Positions 18,638 through 28,800 of a DNA stretch of 57,848 nt are shown in pieces; position 1 is the stretch's first letter; each line of letters starts with the position of its first letter. Position numbers and translations under genes: made by a program. The notes below the pieces were generated by a model. It was given only the letters and a program-made list of their open reading frames with translations, was not told the DNA's origin and did not search any database. The stretch comes from Anaerolineae bacterium (GTDB taxonomy: Bacteria > Chloroflexota > Anaerolineae > B4-G1 > SLSP01). The stretch covers positions 935 to 58,782 of the forward strand of contig JBNGDO010000006.1 in the NCBI GenBank assembly GCA_049975385.1. Direction: 5' to 3'.

Positions 18638-19666
18638 ATGATCGAAGTCACCAATTTGACGAAAACATTCGTGACCACGGAGAAGCAGCCGGGTTTGCGG
18701 GGTAGCCTGCGGTCGTTGGTGCGCCCGGAGCGGCGTGAGGTGCAGGCGGTGAAGGGGATCACTTTCACGGTGGAGGATGGAGAGCGATTGGCCTTCATCG
18801 GGCCGAACGGCGCGGGCAAGTCCACGACGATCAAAATGCTCACCGGCATCCTCTACCCTACCTCCGGGACGGCGCGTGTGCTGGGAAAGATGCCCTGGAA
18901 GGAGCGCCAACAGCTCGCTTACCAAATCGGCACGGTCTTCGGGCAGAAGTCGCAGCTCTGGTATCACCTGCCCCCGGCGGACTCCTTCGATCTGCTGGCG
19001 CGCATCTATGAGTTGGACAAGGCTGCTTACCAGGAGCGTCGGGCCTATCTGGTCGGCCTCTTCGAGCTGGACGCCTATCTTCACACGCCCGTGCGCAAGC
19101 TCTCTCTGGGCGAGCGCATGCGATGCGAGATCGCGGCATCGCTGCTGCACCGCCCGCGCATTCTCTTCCTGGATGAGCCGACCATCGGCCTCGACGTGGT
19201 CGTCAAGCAGCGCATCCGCGACCTGATCCTCGAACTGAACCAGTGCGAGGGCGTGACGATCTTCCTCACGTCGCACGACGCAGGGGACGTGGAGGTGCTG
19301 TGCCAGCGCGCGATGGTCATCAACCACGGCGAGGTGATCTACGATGGGCGCGTCAACGATTTGAAGCACAACTATCTGCGCACCAAAACCGTCTCCCTCA
19401 AGCTCGGTGAATCGTGGGACGGCTTCGCTGCCGATGGCGTTCAGGTGCTCAAGCACAAGGGCTACGGCGTCAAGTTGGAAGTGGATACGTCCGTGGCCTC
19501 GATCGACGCGGTGATGGCGCAACTGTTGAGCCGCTACGCGATTGTGGATATCAACGTCGATAATCCGCCGATGGAGCAGATCATCGCGCAGATTTACCAG
19601 GTGGAAGGCGGCGTTACCCGGGAGTCTGTGGTTGAGAAGCCGTATCTTTCAGCAGATTTTCTTTAA
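18638..19666 (+). CDS. ABC-2 type exporter ATP-binding protein
   Basis: GPNGAGKST, FGQKSQLW, LSLGERMR, LDEPTIGLD. Confidence 0.92.
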   Translation: MIEVTNLTKTFVTTEKQPGLRGSLRSLVRPERREVQAVKGITFTVEDGERLAFIGPNGAGKSTTIKMLTGILYPTSGTARVLGKMPWKERQQLAYQIGTVFGQKSQLWYHLPPADSFDLLARIYELDKAAYQERRAYLVGLFELDAYLHTPVRKLSLGERMRCEIAASLLHRPRILFLDEPTIGLDVVVKQRIRDLILELNQCEGVTIFLTSHDAGDVEVLCQRAMVINHGEVIYDGRVNDLKHNYLRTKTVSLKLGESWDGFAADGVQVLKHKGYGVKLEVDTSVASIDAVMAQLLSRYAIVDINVDNPPMEQIIAQIYQVEGGVTRESVVEKPYLSADFL

Positions 19667-19692
19667 TCTGCTAAATCTGCTTAATCTGCTGA
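19650..19692. repeat. Short-unit palindromic repeat (AATCTGCT x3 with inverted TCAGCAGATT)
   Basis: Seen directly at the gene junction. Confidence 0.6.
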
Positions 19693-19709
19693 CGAATTTT
19701 GGAGTAAGT

Positions 19710-20510
19710 ATGTTAAGGACGATTCCGCGTTACGGGTTTGTGGCGCGCATCGCGGCGCGGCAGCAGTGGGTCTATCGCGGCGAGCTGTGGATGCGCTCGG
19801 TGTCGATGGTGCTCTTTATGGGCGTGTTTATGGCGCTGTGGAGCACCGCCTTCCGCGTCAGTGGGCAGGGTGAGCTGGCGGGCTACTCGCTGGTGGAGAT
19901 CGTCTGGTACCTGGCGATGACGGAGACGATCACGCTCTCCACCTCGCGGGCGTTCGTGGACATCAGCGACGCGGTCAAATCCGGCGACCTGGCCTACACG
20001 TTGACGCGGCCCGTGAGTTACCCGTTTTTCCAGGTGGCGCAGTCGCTCGGTAACAGCCTGCCGCGCCTGGGCCTGAACCTGCTGACGGCGTCGGCGGTGG
20101 TGGCGCTCGGCGTGGGGCTGGGGGCGGGCAGCCTGCCGGGGATCGCGGCCTTTTTCGTGACGGCGGTTCTGGCCCTGCTGCTCGACGCGCTGATCGCCGT
20201 GTTGATCGGTTTGTCAGCCTTCTGGATCGAAGAGGTAATGCCGATCTTCTGGATTTACCAGAAATTGCTGTTCACGGTCGGTGGACTGTTCCTGCCGCTG
20301 GAGATGCTCCCCCTGTGGCTGCGCCGGATCGCGGTATGGCTGCCCTTCCGCTACGTGGCGAACGTCCCCGCGCGTGTCTTCGTCGCCTTCGAGTGGCGCG
20401 AGGCGCTCGGCGCAGCAGCGGGGCAAGTGGCCTACATCGCTGTGATGACCATCATCGTGCTGCTCGTCTGGCGTCTCGCCCAGCGACGGATAGTGGTGCA
20501 CGGGGGATGA
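19710..20510 (+). CDS. ABC-2 family permease (DUF990-like)
   Basis: Six hydrophobic segments; SGDLAYTLTRPV, GGLFLPLEMLP, LPF. Confidence 0.88.
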   Translation: MLRTIPRYGFVARIAARQQWVYRGELWMRSVSMVLFMGVFMALWSTAFRVSGQGELAGYSLVEIVWYLAMTETITLSTSRAFVDISDAVKSGDLAYTLTRPVSYPFFQVAQSLGNSLPRLGLNLLTASAVVALGVGLGAGSLPGIAAFFVTAVLALLLDALIAVLIGLSAFWIEEVMPIFWIYQKLLFTVGGLFLPLEMLPLWLRRIAVWLPFRYVANVPARVFVAFEWREALGAAAGQVAYIAVMTIIVLLVWRLAQRRIVVHGG

Positions 20511-20579
20511 GGCAGGATGCAAGAGGCAAGATGCAGGATACAAGAGGCTGAAAGCTGACCGCTGAGGGCTGATAGCTAA
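20511..20579. repeat. Degenerate heptamer tandem repeats (GCAAGAT-like, GCTGANA-like)
   Basis: ggcaggatgcaagaggcaagatgcaggatacaagaggctgaaagctgaccgctgagggctgatagct. Confidence 0.6.
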
Positions 20580-20580
20580 C

Positions 20581-21363
20581 ATGAAAACACTGCGTTTAAT
20601 CATCGGCTACCTTCGTCACAACCTGATGTCGGCCATGGCGTATCGGGGGGCGTTTGCGTTGCAGGTGTTCGGGATGCTGCTCAACGATGTGATGCTCCTG
20701 TTCTTCTGGACGATTCTGTTCAGCCATTTCCCGGCGCTGCAAGGGTGGACGTTGCGCGACGTCGTGACGTTGTACGCCATCGTCGCGTTCGGGTTCGGTC
20801 TGGCGACGATCGTGTGCGGCAACAGCGGGCGCGTGGCGCACGTCATCGCCAGCGGCGACATCGACTATTACCTGGCCCTGCCTGCAGATCCGTTGGTGCA
20901 TTTGCTCGTCTCGCGGACGTCGCTGCCTGCCTGGGGGGATGCGCTGTTCGGCGTAGTCGTCTATCTCGTCGCCGCGCCGGAGCGGTGGACGACGCTGCCC
21001 TTGTTCCTGTTGTTCGGTGTGTTGTCGGGACTGATCTTCGTCGCGTTCAGTGTGATTGCCGGGTCGCTGGCTTTCTGGATCGGGCAATCGCAAAATCTGG
21101 CGATGCAGTTGCAGAACGCGATGCTCACGTTTGGCCTGTATCCGGTGGATATTTTTCCCGGGCTGGTGCGGGTGCTGCTGTACACGTTGATCCCGGCGGC
21201 GTTCGTTGGCTCGATTCCGGCGATGTTGCTCGCCGAATTTCGTTGGGGACAGTTAGCGGGCTTGTTCGTGGTTACAGTGGTGCTCTTGTTCGTCGCGCGC
21301 GGCGTCTTCTTCTTGGGCTTGCGCCGCTACGAATCCGGCAATCTGGTCACCGTGCGCGGGTAA
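20581..21363 (+). CDS. ABC-2 family permease (DUF990-like)
   Basis: SGDIDYYLALP, YPVDIF, IPAAF, GLRRYESG. Confidence 0.88.
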   Translation: MKTLRLIIGYLRHNLMSAMAYRGAFALQVFGMLLNDVMLLFFWTILFSHFPALQGWTLRDVVTLYAIVAFGFGLATIVCGNSGRVAHVIASGDIDYYLALPADPLVHLLVSRTSLPAWGDALFGVVVYLVAAPERWTTLPLFLLFGVLSGLIFVAFSVIAGSLAFWIGQSQNLAMQLQNAMLTFGLYPVDIFPGLVRVLLYTLIPAAFVGSIPAMLLAEFRWGQLAGLFVVTVVLLFVARGVFFLGLRRYESGNLVTVRG

Positions 21364-21437
21364 ACAACGTTTCAGTTTTTCCAAGGAGTTCCCATGAACC
21401 GGAGGCTCAGCAACGAGGACGAGAATCTTTTGCAATG

Positions 21438-21515
21438 TGTCACCCCGAGCGAAGCGAGGGGTCTCGTTTCTCAACAACGAGATTCCTCGACTCGCTTCGC
21501 TCGCTCGGAATGACA
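21438..21515. repeat. REP/MITE-like palindrome (TGTCA..CGAGCGAAGCGAG type)
   Basis: TGTCACCCCGAGCGAAGCGAG ... CTCGCTTCGCTCGCTCGGAATGACA inverted ends. Confidence 0.75.
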
Positions 21516-21544
21516 CAATATAGTTGTTTTCCAAGGAGGTGGTT

Positions 21545-23617
21545 ATGACGCTGAAAGTCCATGCCGGACAGGCTTTTCCACTCGGCGCGACTGTCTATCC
21601 CTGGGGTGTGAACTTCTCCGTCTTCTCCAAAAACTGCGATGCGGTGGAGTTGCTGCTCTTCGATGATGTGGACGACGCACGACCTTCGCACGTCATTCAC
21701 CTTGATCCAGACAAAAACCGCACCTTCTATTATTGGCACGCCTTTGTGCCGCGCATTGGGTCGGGACAACTGTATGGCTATCGCGTCCACGGGCCGTTCG
21801 CGCCGGAGAAGGGCCTGCGCTTCGACGGGACGAAGGTACTACTCGACCCCTACACGCGTGCGGTCGCCGTCGGCGCGAACTACGACCGCGAGGCGGCCAA
21901 GCATCCGGGCGACAACGCGGCCCACGCGCTCAAGAGCGTCGTCGTAGACTCGCATGTCTACGATTGGGAGGGTGATCTGCCTTTGGATCAGCCGTACGCG
22001 AGTACCGTCATCTACGAGATGCACGTGGGAGGATTCACCAAACACCCCAGTTCGGGCGTAGCCCCGCACAAGCGCGGAACGTATGCCGGCGTGATCGAGA
22101 AAATCCCCTACCTGCAATCGCTCGGCGTCACCGCCGTGGAACTGCTGCCAGTACAACAGTTCGACCCGCAGGACGCGCCCAAAGGGCTTTCCAACTACTG
22201 GGGCTACAGCCCGGTCGCCTTCTTTGCACCGCACCGTGGGTACTGCCATTGCTCCGATCCGGTTGGGCCGGTGGATGCCTTCCGCGATATGGTGAAGGCG
22301 CTGCATCAGGCGGGCATCGAGGTCATCCTGGATGTCGTCTTCAATCACACTGCCGAGAACGACCACAACGGGCCGACGCTATCGTTTAGGGGATTGGAGA
22401 ACCGCGCCTATTACTTGCTTCAGGAAAACCAGGCCCGCTACGCCGATTACAGCGGCACGGGCAACGCGATCAACGCCAACAACTCGATTGTGCGGCGGAT
22501 GATCACGGACTGCCTGCGTTACTGGGTCGCCGATATGCACGTGGATGGCTTCCGCTTTGATCTGGCTTCGGTGATGTCGCGCGACAAGCGCGGGCGTCTG
22601 CTCGAAGACCCGCCGATTCTGTGGGAGATCGAGTCTGATCCGGTACTCGCGGGGACGAAGATCATCGCCGAAGCCTGGGACGCGGCAGGCCTGTACCAGC
22701 TCGGTTCTTTCATCGGTCACCGCTGGGCGGAGTGGAATGGGCAATTCCGTGACGACGTGCGGCGCTTTGTCAGGGGTGACGAGGGAACGGTGGAACAGCT
22801 AGCCGCGCGTATCGCCGGCAGTCCCGATCTTTTTCCTCAGGAAGGCCGCGAGCCGAACCGCAGCATCAACTTCGTCACCTGTCACGACGGATTCACGCTC
22901 AACGACCTCGTTTCTTACAACAAAAAGCACAACGGCGCGAACCTCGAATACAATCTCGACGGCGCGGACGCCAATTTTAGTTGGAACTGTGGCGTTGAGG
23001 GGCCGTCGCTCGATCCAGAGATCCAGGCACTGCGTCTGCGGCAGATCAAGAACTTCCTCACGATTCTGTTCTTTTCGCAGGGCACGCCAATGGTGTTGAT
23101 GGGCGACGAGGTGCGGCGGACGCAGCGTGGCAACAACAACGCCTATTCCCAGGATAACGAAATCAGTTGGTTCGATTGGCGCGGACTGGAACAGCACGCC
23201 GGGGTGCTGCGCTTTGTGAAAAACATCATCGCTTGCACGCAGTCGTTGGCGCTGCTCCGCGAGGAATGTTTCCTGATCGAGAACGGCGGGAACAAAGCGC
23301 CGTCAATCACGTGGCACGGCGTGCAATTGTACGCGCCGGATTGGGCGTCTCATTCGCACAGCCTGGCCTTCGAACTGTACCAGCCTGATAAACACGAGCA
23401 CTTGCACGTGATGCTCAACGCCTATTGGGAACCGCTCATCTTCACGCTGCCCGCGCCGCGCGATAGCCTGCACTGGCGGCGCATCATCGATACCAACCTG
23501 CCCACACCCGACGACTTCTGCATGCCGGATGCCGCCCCGCCGGTTGAATTGGTCGAGTATTGCGTTGCACCCCGCTCTGCGGTAGTGTTGATGGGATGGG
23601 ACGATTTGGACGTATAA
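21545..23617 (+). CDS. glgX: Glycogen debranching enzyme / isoamylase (GH13)
   Basis: PLGAT, NYWGY, DVVFNHTAE, DGFRFDLA, IAEAWD, NFVTCHDGFTL, QRGNNNAY. Confidence 0.95.
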   Translation: MTLKVHAGQAFPLGATVYPWGVNFSVFSKNCDAVELLLFDDVDDARPSHVIHLDPDKNRTFYYWHAFVPRIGSGQLYGYRVHGPFAPEKGLRFDGTKVLLDPYTRAVAVGANYDREAAKHPGDNAAHALKSVVVDSHVYDWEGDLPLDQPYASTVIYEMHVGGFTKHPSSGVAPHKRGTYAGVIEKIPYLQSLGVTAVELLPVQQFDPQDAPKGLSNYWGYSPVAFFAPHRGYCHCSDPVGPVDAFRDMVKALHQAGIEVILDVVFNHTAENDHNGPTLSFRGLENRAYYLLQENQARYADYSGTGNAINANNSIVRRMITDCLRYWVADMHVDGFRFDLASVMSRDKRGRLLEDPPILWEIESDPVLAGTKIIAEAWDAAGLYQLGSFIGHRWAEWNGQFRDDVRRFVRGDEGTVEQLAARIAGSPDLFPQEGREPNRSINFVTCHDGFTLNDLVSYNKKHNGANLEYNLDGADANFSWNCGVEGPSLDPEIQALRLRQIKNFLTILFFSQGTPMVLMGDEVRRTQRGNNNAYSQDNEISWFDWRGLEQHAGVLRFVKNIIACTQSLALLREECFLIENGGNKAPSITWHGVQLYAPDWASHSHSLAFELYQPDKHEHLHVMLNAYWEPLIFTLPAPRDSLHWRRIIDTNLPTPDDFCMPDAAPPVELVEYCVAPRSAVVLMGWDDLDV

Positions 23618-23670
23618 CGCGCACGCGTGCACAACCTTCGCAAGGATGATTGCGTGGTTACAATTTTCTG

Positions 23671-23699
23671 TTGCGTTTCCTCCGAGGGTGTGCTATACT
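23671..23699 (+). promoter_or_regulatory. Sigma70-type promoter of the CHAT/STAND operon
   Basis: TTGCGT-17 bp-TATACT with extended -10 TGn, about 50 nt before ATG 23748. Confidence 0.65.
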
Positions 23700-23747
23700 T
23701 TTTATAACTTTCCACACATCACCAGAGAATTGCAGCCTGGGCGGGAT

Positions 23748-25817
23748 ATGACGAATCACAATGCAGACGTAGACCTTCAACTGCGTATTTTCCCTCGACA
23801 GGATGAAGGCTATCCGGTCGAGATTACGCTGGGACGCCACCAGGTCTTCCCGCGTGGCTATCTCGCGGCGGATGTGGCCGGCTGGACGTCCGGTGGTGAC
23901 CCCGTCGCCGACGGGTTGGCCCTCCGTGAACTGCTCCTGGCCGACGCCGCCGTGCGCGAAGCGTGGATTGAGGCCCGCGCGCAGGCCCCGCAGCGGCGAG
24001 TTCGTCTGTGGATCGACGCGGGCGCGGCGGAACTGCACGCCCTGCCGTGGGAACTGCTCCAGGACGAAGGTAAAGTCCTCTCGGCCAGCAGCGACACCCC
24101 GTTCTCCCGCTTTTTGCCGGTCAAACTGCCCTGGCGCGGCGCGCTGGAAGGGCGTAGGATTCGTGTCCTTGCGGCGATTTCCAATCCCGATGATCTCGAA
24201 GCCGTTCACGGGCTGTCGGCGCTTACCGTGGCGGAGGAACGGGCGGCGCTCGACGCAGTCGGCGCGGGCGCGGCGGGGGCGGGCAGCGACGGCTACACGC
24301 TTGACCTTACCTACCTAGAACCGCCCATCACACTGGAACGGCTGGAAGCCGCGTTGCGCGCGGGCTTGGAAGCGGACGCTGCTTACGCCGCCCTGCATTA
24401 CGTGGGTCACGGCGCGTACAACGCGCGCCAGCAACAGGCTGTACTCTACCTGCAAGATGACGCGGGCCACGCCCACCTCGTCTCCGATGATGCGCTGGTC
24501 TCGATGCTGGCGCGGCAGGACACGCGCCCGCAGTTGGTCTTCCTGGCGGCGTGCCAGAGCGCGACCCGTAGTACCGCCGACGCTTTTCTTGGCCTGGGGC
24601 CGAAGCTCGTCGCCGTGGGCGTCCCGGCCGTCGTGGCGATGCAGGATTTCGTCAGCATCGAATCGGCACGCAAGCTCAACGGCGTGTTCTACGGACGTCT
24701 GGCGCAGCACGGACAGGTGGATCGCGCCCTCAATGAGGCGCGTAGCACCTTGCTGACCGCCGGACGGCCCGACGCCGCCGTGCCGGTGCTCCTCACCCGC
24801 CTGGAATCCGGCCAACTGTGGGGCGCCGAGGCCGACGCGCGCGGTGAAATGCTCGGCGACCGCAACCCACGTGTCTTCTGGACCGGTTTAGCCAGGTACA
24901 TCCAGACCGGCAAGTGCACGCCCATTATCGGGCCGCGCGCGCGGGTGCAATGGTTGCCCGACCCCGCCGACATCGCCCGCGCCTGGGCTGCCGAGTACGG
25001 CTATCCCTTTTCCGATAAAACCAACCCAGTCGGCCTGGCGCAATATCTGGCGGTGAGCCAGGGCGAGGATTTCCCGCGCTATGAGCTGTTGGAGGCGATG
25101 AAGACACTGTTCGAGCAGCGCGTGCCGGAACCGCTGCGCGCCGGATTGCGGTATGATGACCTGACGGAACTGGTTCACATAATCGGCTGGCAGACCTTGA
25201 CCGCCGGTAGCCCCAACGACGTTCACGCAGCGCTGGCGAGCCTGAATCTACCGCTTTATCTGACGACGAACGTGGATAATTTCATGACCGAAGCGCTCGA
25301 GGCTCAGGGCAAGCATCCTGTGCGCGAAATCTGCCGTTGGAATGAAACGCTCGATGGACTGCCTTCGATCTTCGACGACGATCCCAACTACACGCCGACG
25401 CCGGAACGACCGCTGGTCTACCACCTGTTCGGCAATGAGCAGGAAGTCGCGTCGATGGTGCTCACCGAAGATGCGCATCTCGAATTTACCGTCAACATCG
25501 CCGCGGATATGAATCGCATCCACCCCTGTATCTGGGCTGCGTTGGCCAACAGTTCGCTCATGTTCCTGGGCTACCGGCTCAAGGATTGGGGATTCCGCGT
25601 GTTGCTGCGCGGATTACTCGCGCCGCAACAACAGCGCCGCCGCTTCAAGCATGTGGGGGTGCAGCTCGAACCGGAGGATGTGAAAGACGATGATCTACCG
25701 GCCGTCCACGAATTTATGCGCAGCTACTTCCAGGGGAACGACATCAACGTGTACGTGGGCACGGTGTTGCAGTTTGTGGCCGAACTACGGGAATATTGGG
25801 AGGCGGCGAACCGGTGA
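23748..25817 (+). CDS. CHAT (caspase-like) protease fused to a C-terminal SIR2-like (SIR2_2) domain
   Basis: LHALPWELL, LHYVGHG and VFLAACQS (His/Cys dyad), VPAVVAMQ; then TPIIGP, YLTTNVD, VYHLFG, VLTED, LMFLGYRLKDW. Confidence 0.85.
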   Translation: MTNHNADVDLQLRIFPRQDEGYPVEITLGRHQVFPRGYLAADVAGWTSGGDPVADGLALRELLLADAAVREAWIEARAQAPQRRVRLWIDAGAAELHALPWELLQDEGKVLSASSDTPFSRFLPVKLPWRGALEGRRIRVLAAISNPDDLEAVHGLSALTVAEERAALDAVGAGAAGAGSDGYTLDLTYLEPPITLERLEAALRAGLEADAAYAALHYVGHGAYNARQQQAVLYLQDDAGHAHLVSDDALVSMLARQDTRPQLVFLAACQSATRSTADAFLGLGPKLVAVGVPAVVAMQDFVSIESARKLNGVFYGRLAQHGQVDRALNEARSTLLTAGRPDAAVPVLLTRLESGQLWGAEADARGEMLGDRNPRVFWTGLARYIQTGKCTPIIGPRARVQWLPDPADIARAWAAEYGYPFSDKTNPVGLAQYLAVSQGEDFPRYELLEAMKTLFEQRVPEPLRAGLRYDDLTELVHIIGWQTLTAGSPNDVHAALASLNLPLYLTTNVDNFMTEALEAQGKHPVREICRWNETLDGLPSIFDDDPNYTPTPERPLVYHLFGNEQEVASMVLTEDAHLEFTVNIAADMNRIHPCIWAALANSSLMFLGYRLKDWGFRVLLRGLLAPQQQRRRFKHVGVQLEPEDVKDDDLPAVHEFMRSYFQGNDINVYVGTVLQFVAELREYWEAANR

Positions 25818-28800
25818 AGAACACTCCCTATGTCGGTCCGCGCCCTTACGAACGCGGGGATCAGAGCAAATTCTACGGCCGCAACCGGGAGGCGCGAGAC
25901 TTGCTCGCGATGTTGCTGGCCGAGCGCGCCGTCCTCTTCTATGCCAAGTCTGGCGCGGGCAAAACCTCTCTGCTCAATGCACAGGTGATCCCGGCGCTGG
26001 AAGACGAAGGCTTCCGCGTGTTGCCCGTGGCGCGCGTCAGCAGCGATCCGCCTCCCGGCGTTTTGCACGACGCGGTGGGCAACGCCTTCGTGTGCAGCGT
26101 GCTGATGTCGCTGGCGGGCGAGACTGTGACGCCGGAACGCCTCCACGGCCACACGCTGACCTCATTCTTGCAGGCGCTCTACCAACGTCCCGATACCGAA
26201 GGCGAAGGGGATGCGCCCTTCCTCCTTATCGTCGATCAGTTCGAAGAGCTGTTCACCACCCACCGCGACCGCTGGCAAGACGCCGAGGGCTTCTTCATCC
26301 AGGTGCGCGACGCGTTGGATGCGTTACCCGGCATGGGCATCCTCTTTGCGATGCGCGAGGATTACCTGGCAGAACTCGATCCTTTTCTGACGTTGTTGCC
26401 CAAACGGATGCGCGCGCGCTTCCGCATGGAACTGCTTGGCCCGGAGGGCGCTTTGGAGGCGATTGTCCAGCCTGCGTTGTCCCAGGGCATCGGCTTCGAT
26501 GATGGCGTGGCCGAGCGCATGGTGGATGATCTCCGCCGCATCCGCGTGCAGCGCGGGCCGGGCGACGCAAGCTCCGAGGCGACCACAATCGGCCCGTTTG
26601 TGGAGCCGGTGCAATTGCAGGTGGTGTGCAGCCGTCTGTGGGAGAATCTGCCGGATCAAGAGGATCAAACCATCCAGTGGGCCGAAGTGGAAGCGTATGG
26701 GCACATCGACCAGGCGCTCATCGACTTCTACCGCAGCGCGTTGGACGCTGCGCAGGAGCAAACCGGCGTCAGCCAGAAACAGGTGCGCCGCTGGTTTGGC
26801 AACGAACTGATCACGCCGGTGCAGACGCGCGGTCTGGTGCTACGCGGCCCGGAGACGACCGGCACGCTGCCTAATCCCGCCGTTGACGTGTTGAGCCGCC
26901 ACTACATTATCCGCTCTGAAGTGCGGGCGGGTGCGCGCTGGTACGAGCTGGCCCACGACCGGCTGATCGCGCCGATCCTCAGCTCCAACCAGCAGTGGGA
27001 GGCCAAGCGCCAGACGCCACTGCGCATCACGGCTAAGACCTGGCAGATGACGAAAGAGGCGGGTTTGCTCTTCCGCGGTGCGGCGCTGGAGGAGGCCCTG
27101 CAGTGGGTGGAAGCACATCCCCTCGATGCCGAACTCTACGAGCGCAACTTCCTCGAGGCCAGCCGGTTGGCGCAACAGGCGGACCGGCGGCGGCGGAACT
27201 TGCAGATTATCGCAGCAGTGCTCGGTGTTGTCGTCCTGGCGCTGATCACGTTCCTGGCGTGGAGCGCAGAACGCAACCGCATGGTGGCGCGCTCCCGCGA
27301 GGCCGCGGCGGATGCGCTGGCTTATTCGATGGAGAACGACCAGATCAACAGTATTCTCCAGGCGCGCAAGGGCGTGCTGCTCGGCGACCCCACCTACCGC
27401 GACGCTGCGACGCCGTTGTGGCGCCCCCTGCTCGGCGAGATCGAGACCTTGCGGGCGCAAAGCGCGCTGCGGCAGGCGATGGTGGATTTCTACCCCGCAC
27501 AGATGATCGAGGGACTGCCCGGAAATCCGTACAGCGTCGTCTACAGCGCCGATGGCCGAACCCTCTACGTAGGTAACGATGTAGGCCAGGTCCAGGTGTG
27601 GGCGCAGCAGGGCAATTGGCTGCGCCAGGCCGACGTCTACGAGACGCGGGGCGCGACCTTTTCCTTGGCACTCAGCCCTGATGGTCGCATACTGGCGGCA
27701 GGGGGGGATGACACCCACGCGAAAGTCGGCAACGTGGGTCTGCTCGATGTGACCAGTGGGCAGTGGCTGGCCTGGCTCGAAGTCCCGACGCCTAGGGGGG
27801 TGTACGACGACATCTATGCCGTTGCCTTTAGTTCGGACGGCTACTATTTGGCGACCGGCGGCGACTACGACAGGGCGTGGCGTGACTATACTGGCGGTAT
27901 GGCGGATGGCATCGTCCGCGTGTGGCAACTGGCGACGCGTGGCGACACGGTGTTGGCGTCCGCCGTGCTGACGCTCACCGAACCCACCGCGCGTGTGAAG
28001 AGCGTCGCTTTCGACCCTCGACCTCCACGCAACGTCGCACGCGCGACTTACGAACCGTATTATCTGGCGGCGGGTTCCTTCGACGGTACGGTGCGCATCT
28101 GGGCGCTCACCTCCGATGCGCCCGGCAGCGTCTCCGCGACCCTGGCCCTCACCTTGGACGGCCATACCGGCGCAGTGAATGCCGTCGCCTATAGCCCGGT
28201 CGAGAATATCCTGGCCTCGGCTTCGAATGATAAGACGATCCGCCTCTGGGATCCACGCACCGGGCAGGAACTGCTCACGCTGACCGGCCATACCTCCGAA
28301 GTGGCAAGTATCGCTTTCAGCGCCGACGGGCACTATCTGATCTCCGGCTCGCGCGACTTGACGGTGCGCGTGTGGGATGTGAAGGCGCGCAACCCCAACG
28401 CGCTGCTCACGCTGCTTTCCGGCCCTCGGAATATAGTAACTGCGGTGGCCTTCAGCCCGGACAATCGCTTTTTGGTCGCCGGCACGCAGGACAACGCGCT
28501 GCGCGTATGGAACCAGGGTTTTGTTGCCCGGCAAGGATTGACCACGCTCAGCGGACATCAATTTCGCGTGCGGGGAGTTGCCTACAGCCCCGACGGCATA
28601 CACCTGGCCTCTGCCGATGATGAAGGCTGGACGCGCATCTGGGACGTGACGACCGGTGAGCCGGTGCGCGATTTGGCCCCGGTCGGCGGGACGGTGTGGA
28701 ACCTCGCCTACAGCCCGGATGGGCAATACCTGGTCACGTGCGCGGCGGATGACAACGCCTATGTCTGGGATCAAACGTCGTCTACGCCGGTCGCCGTGCT

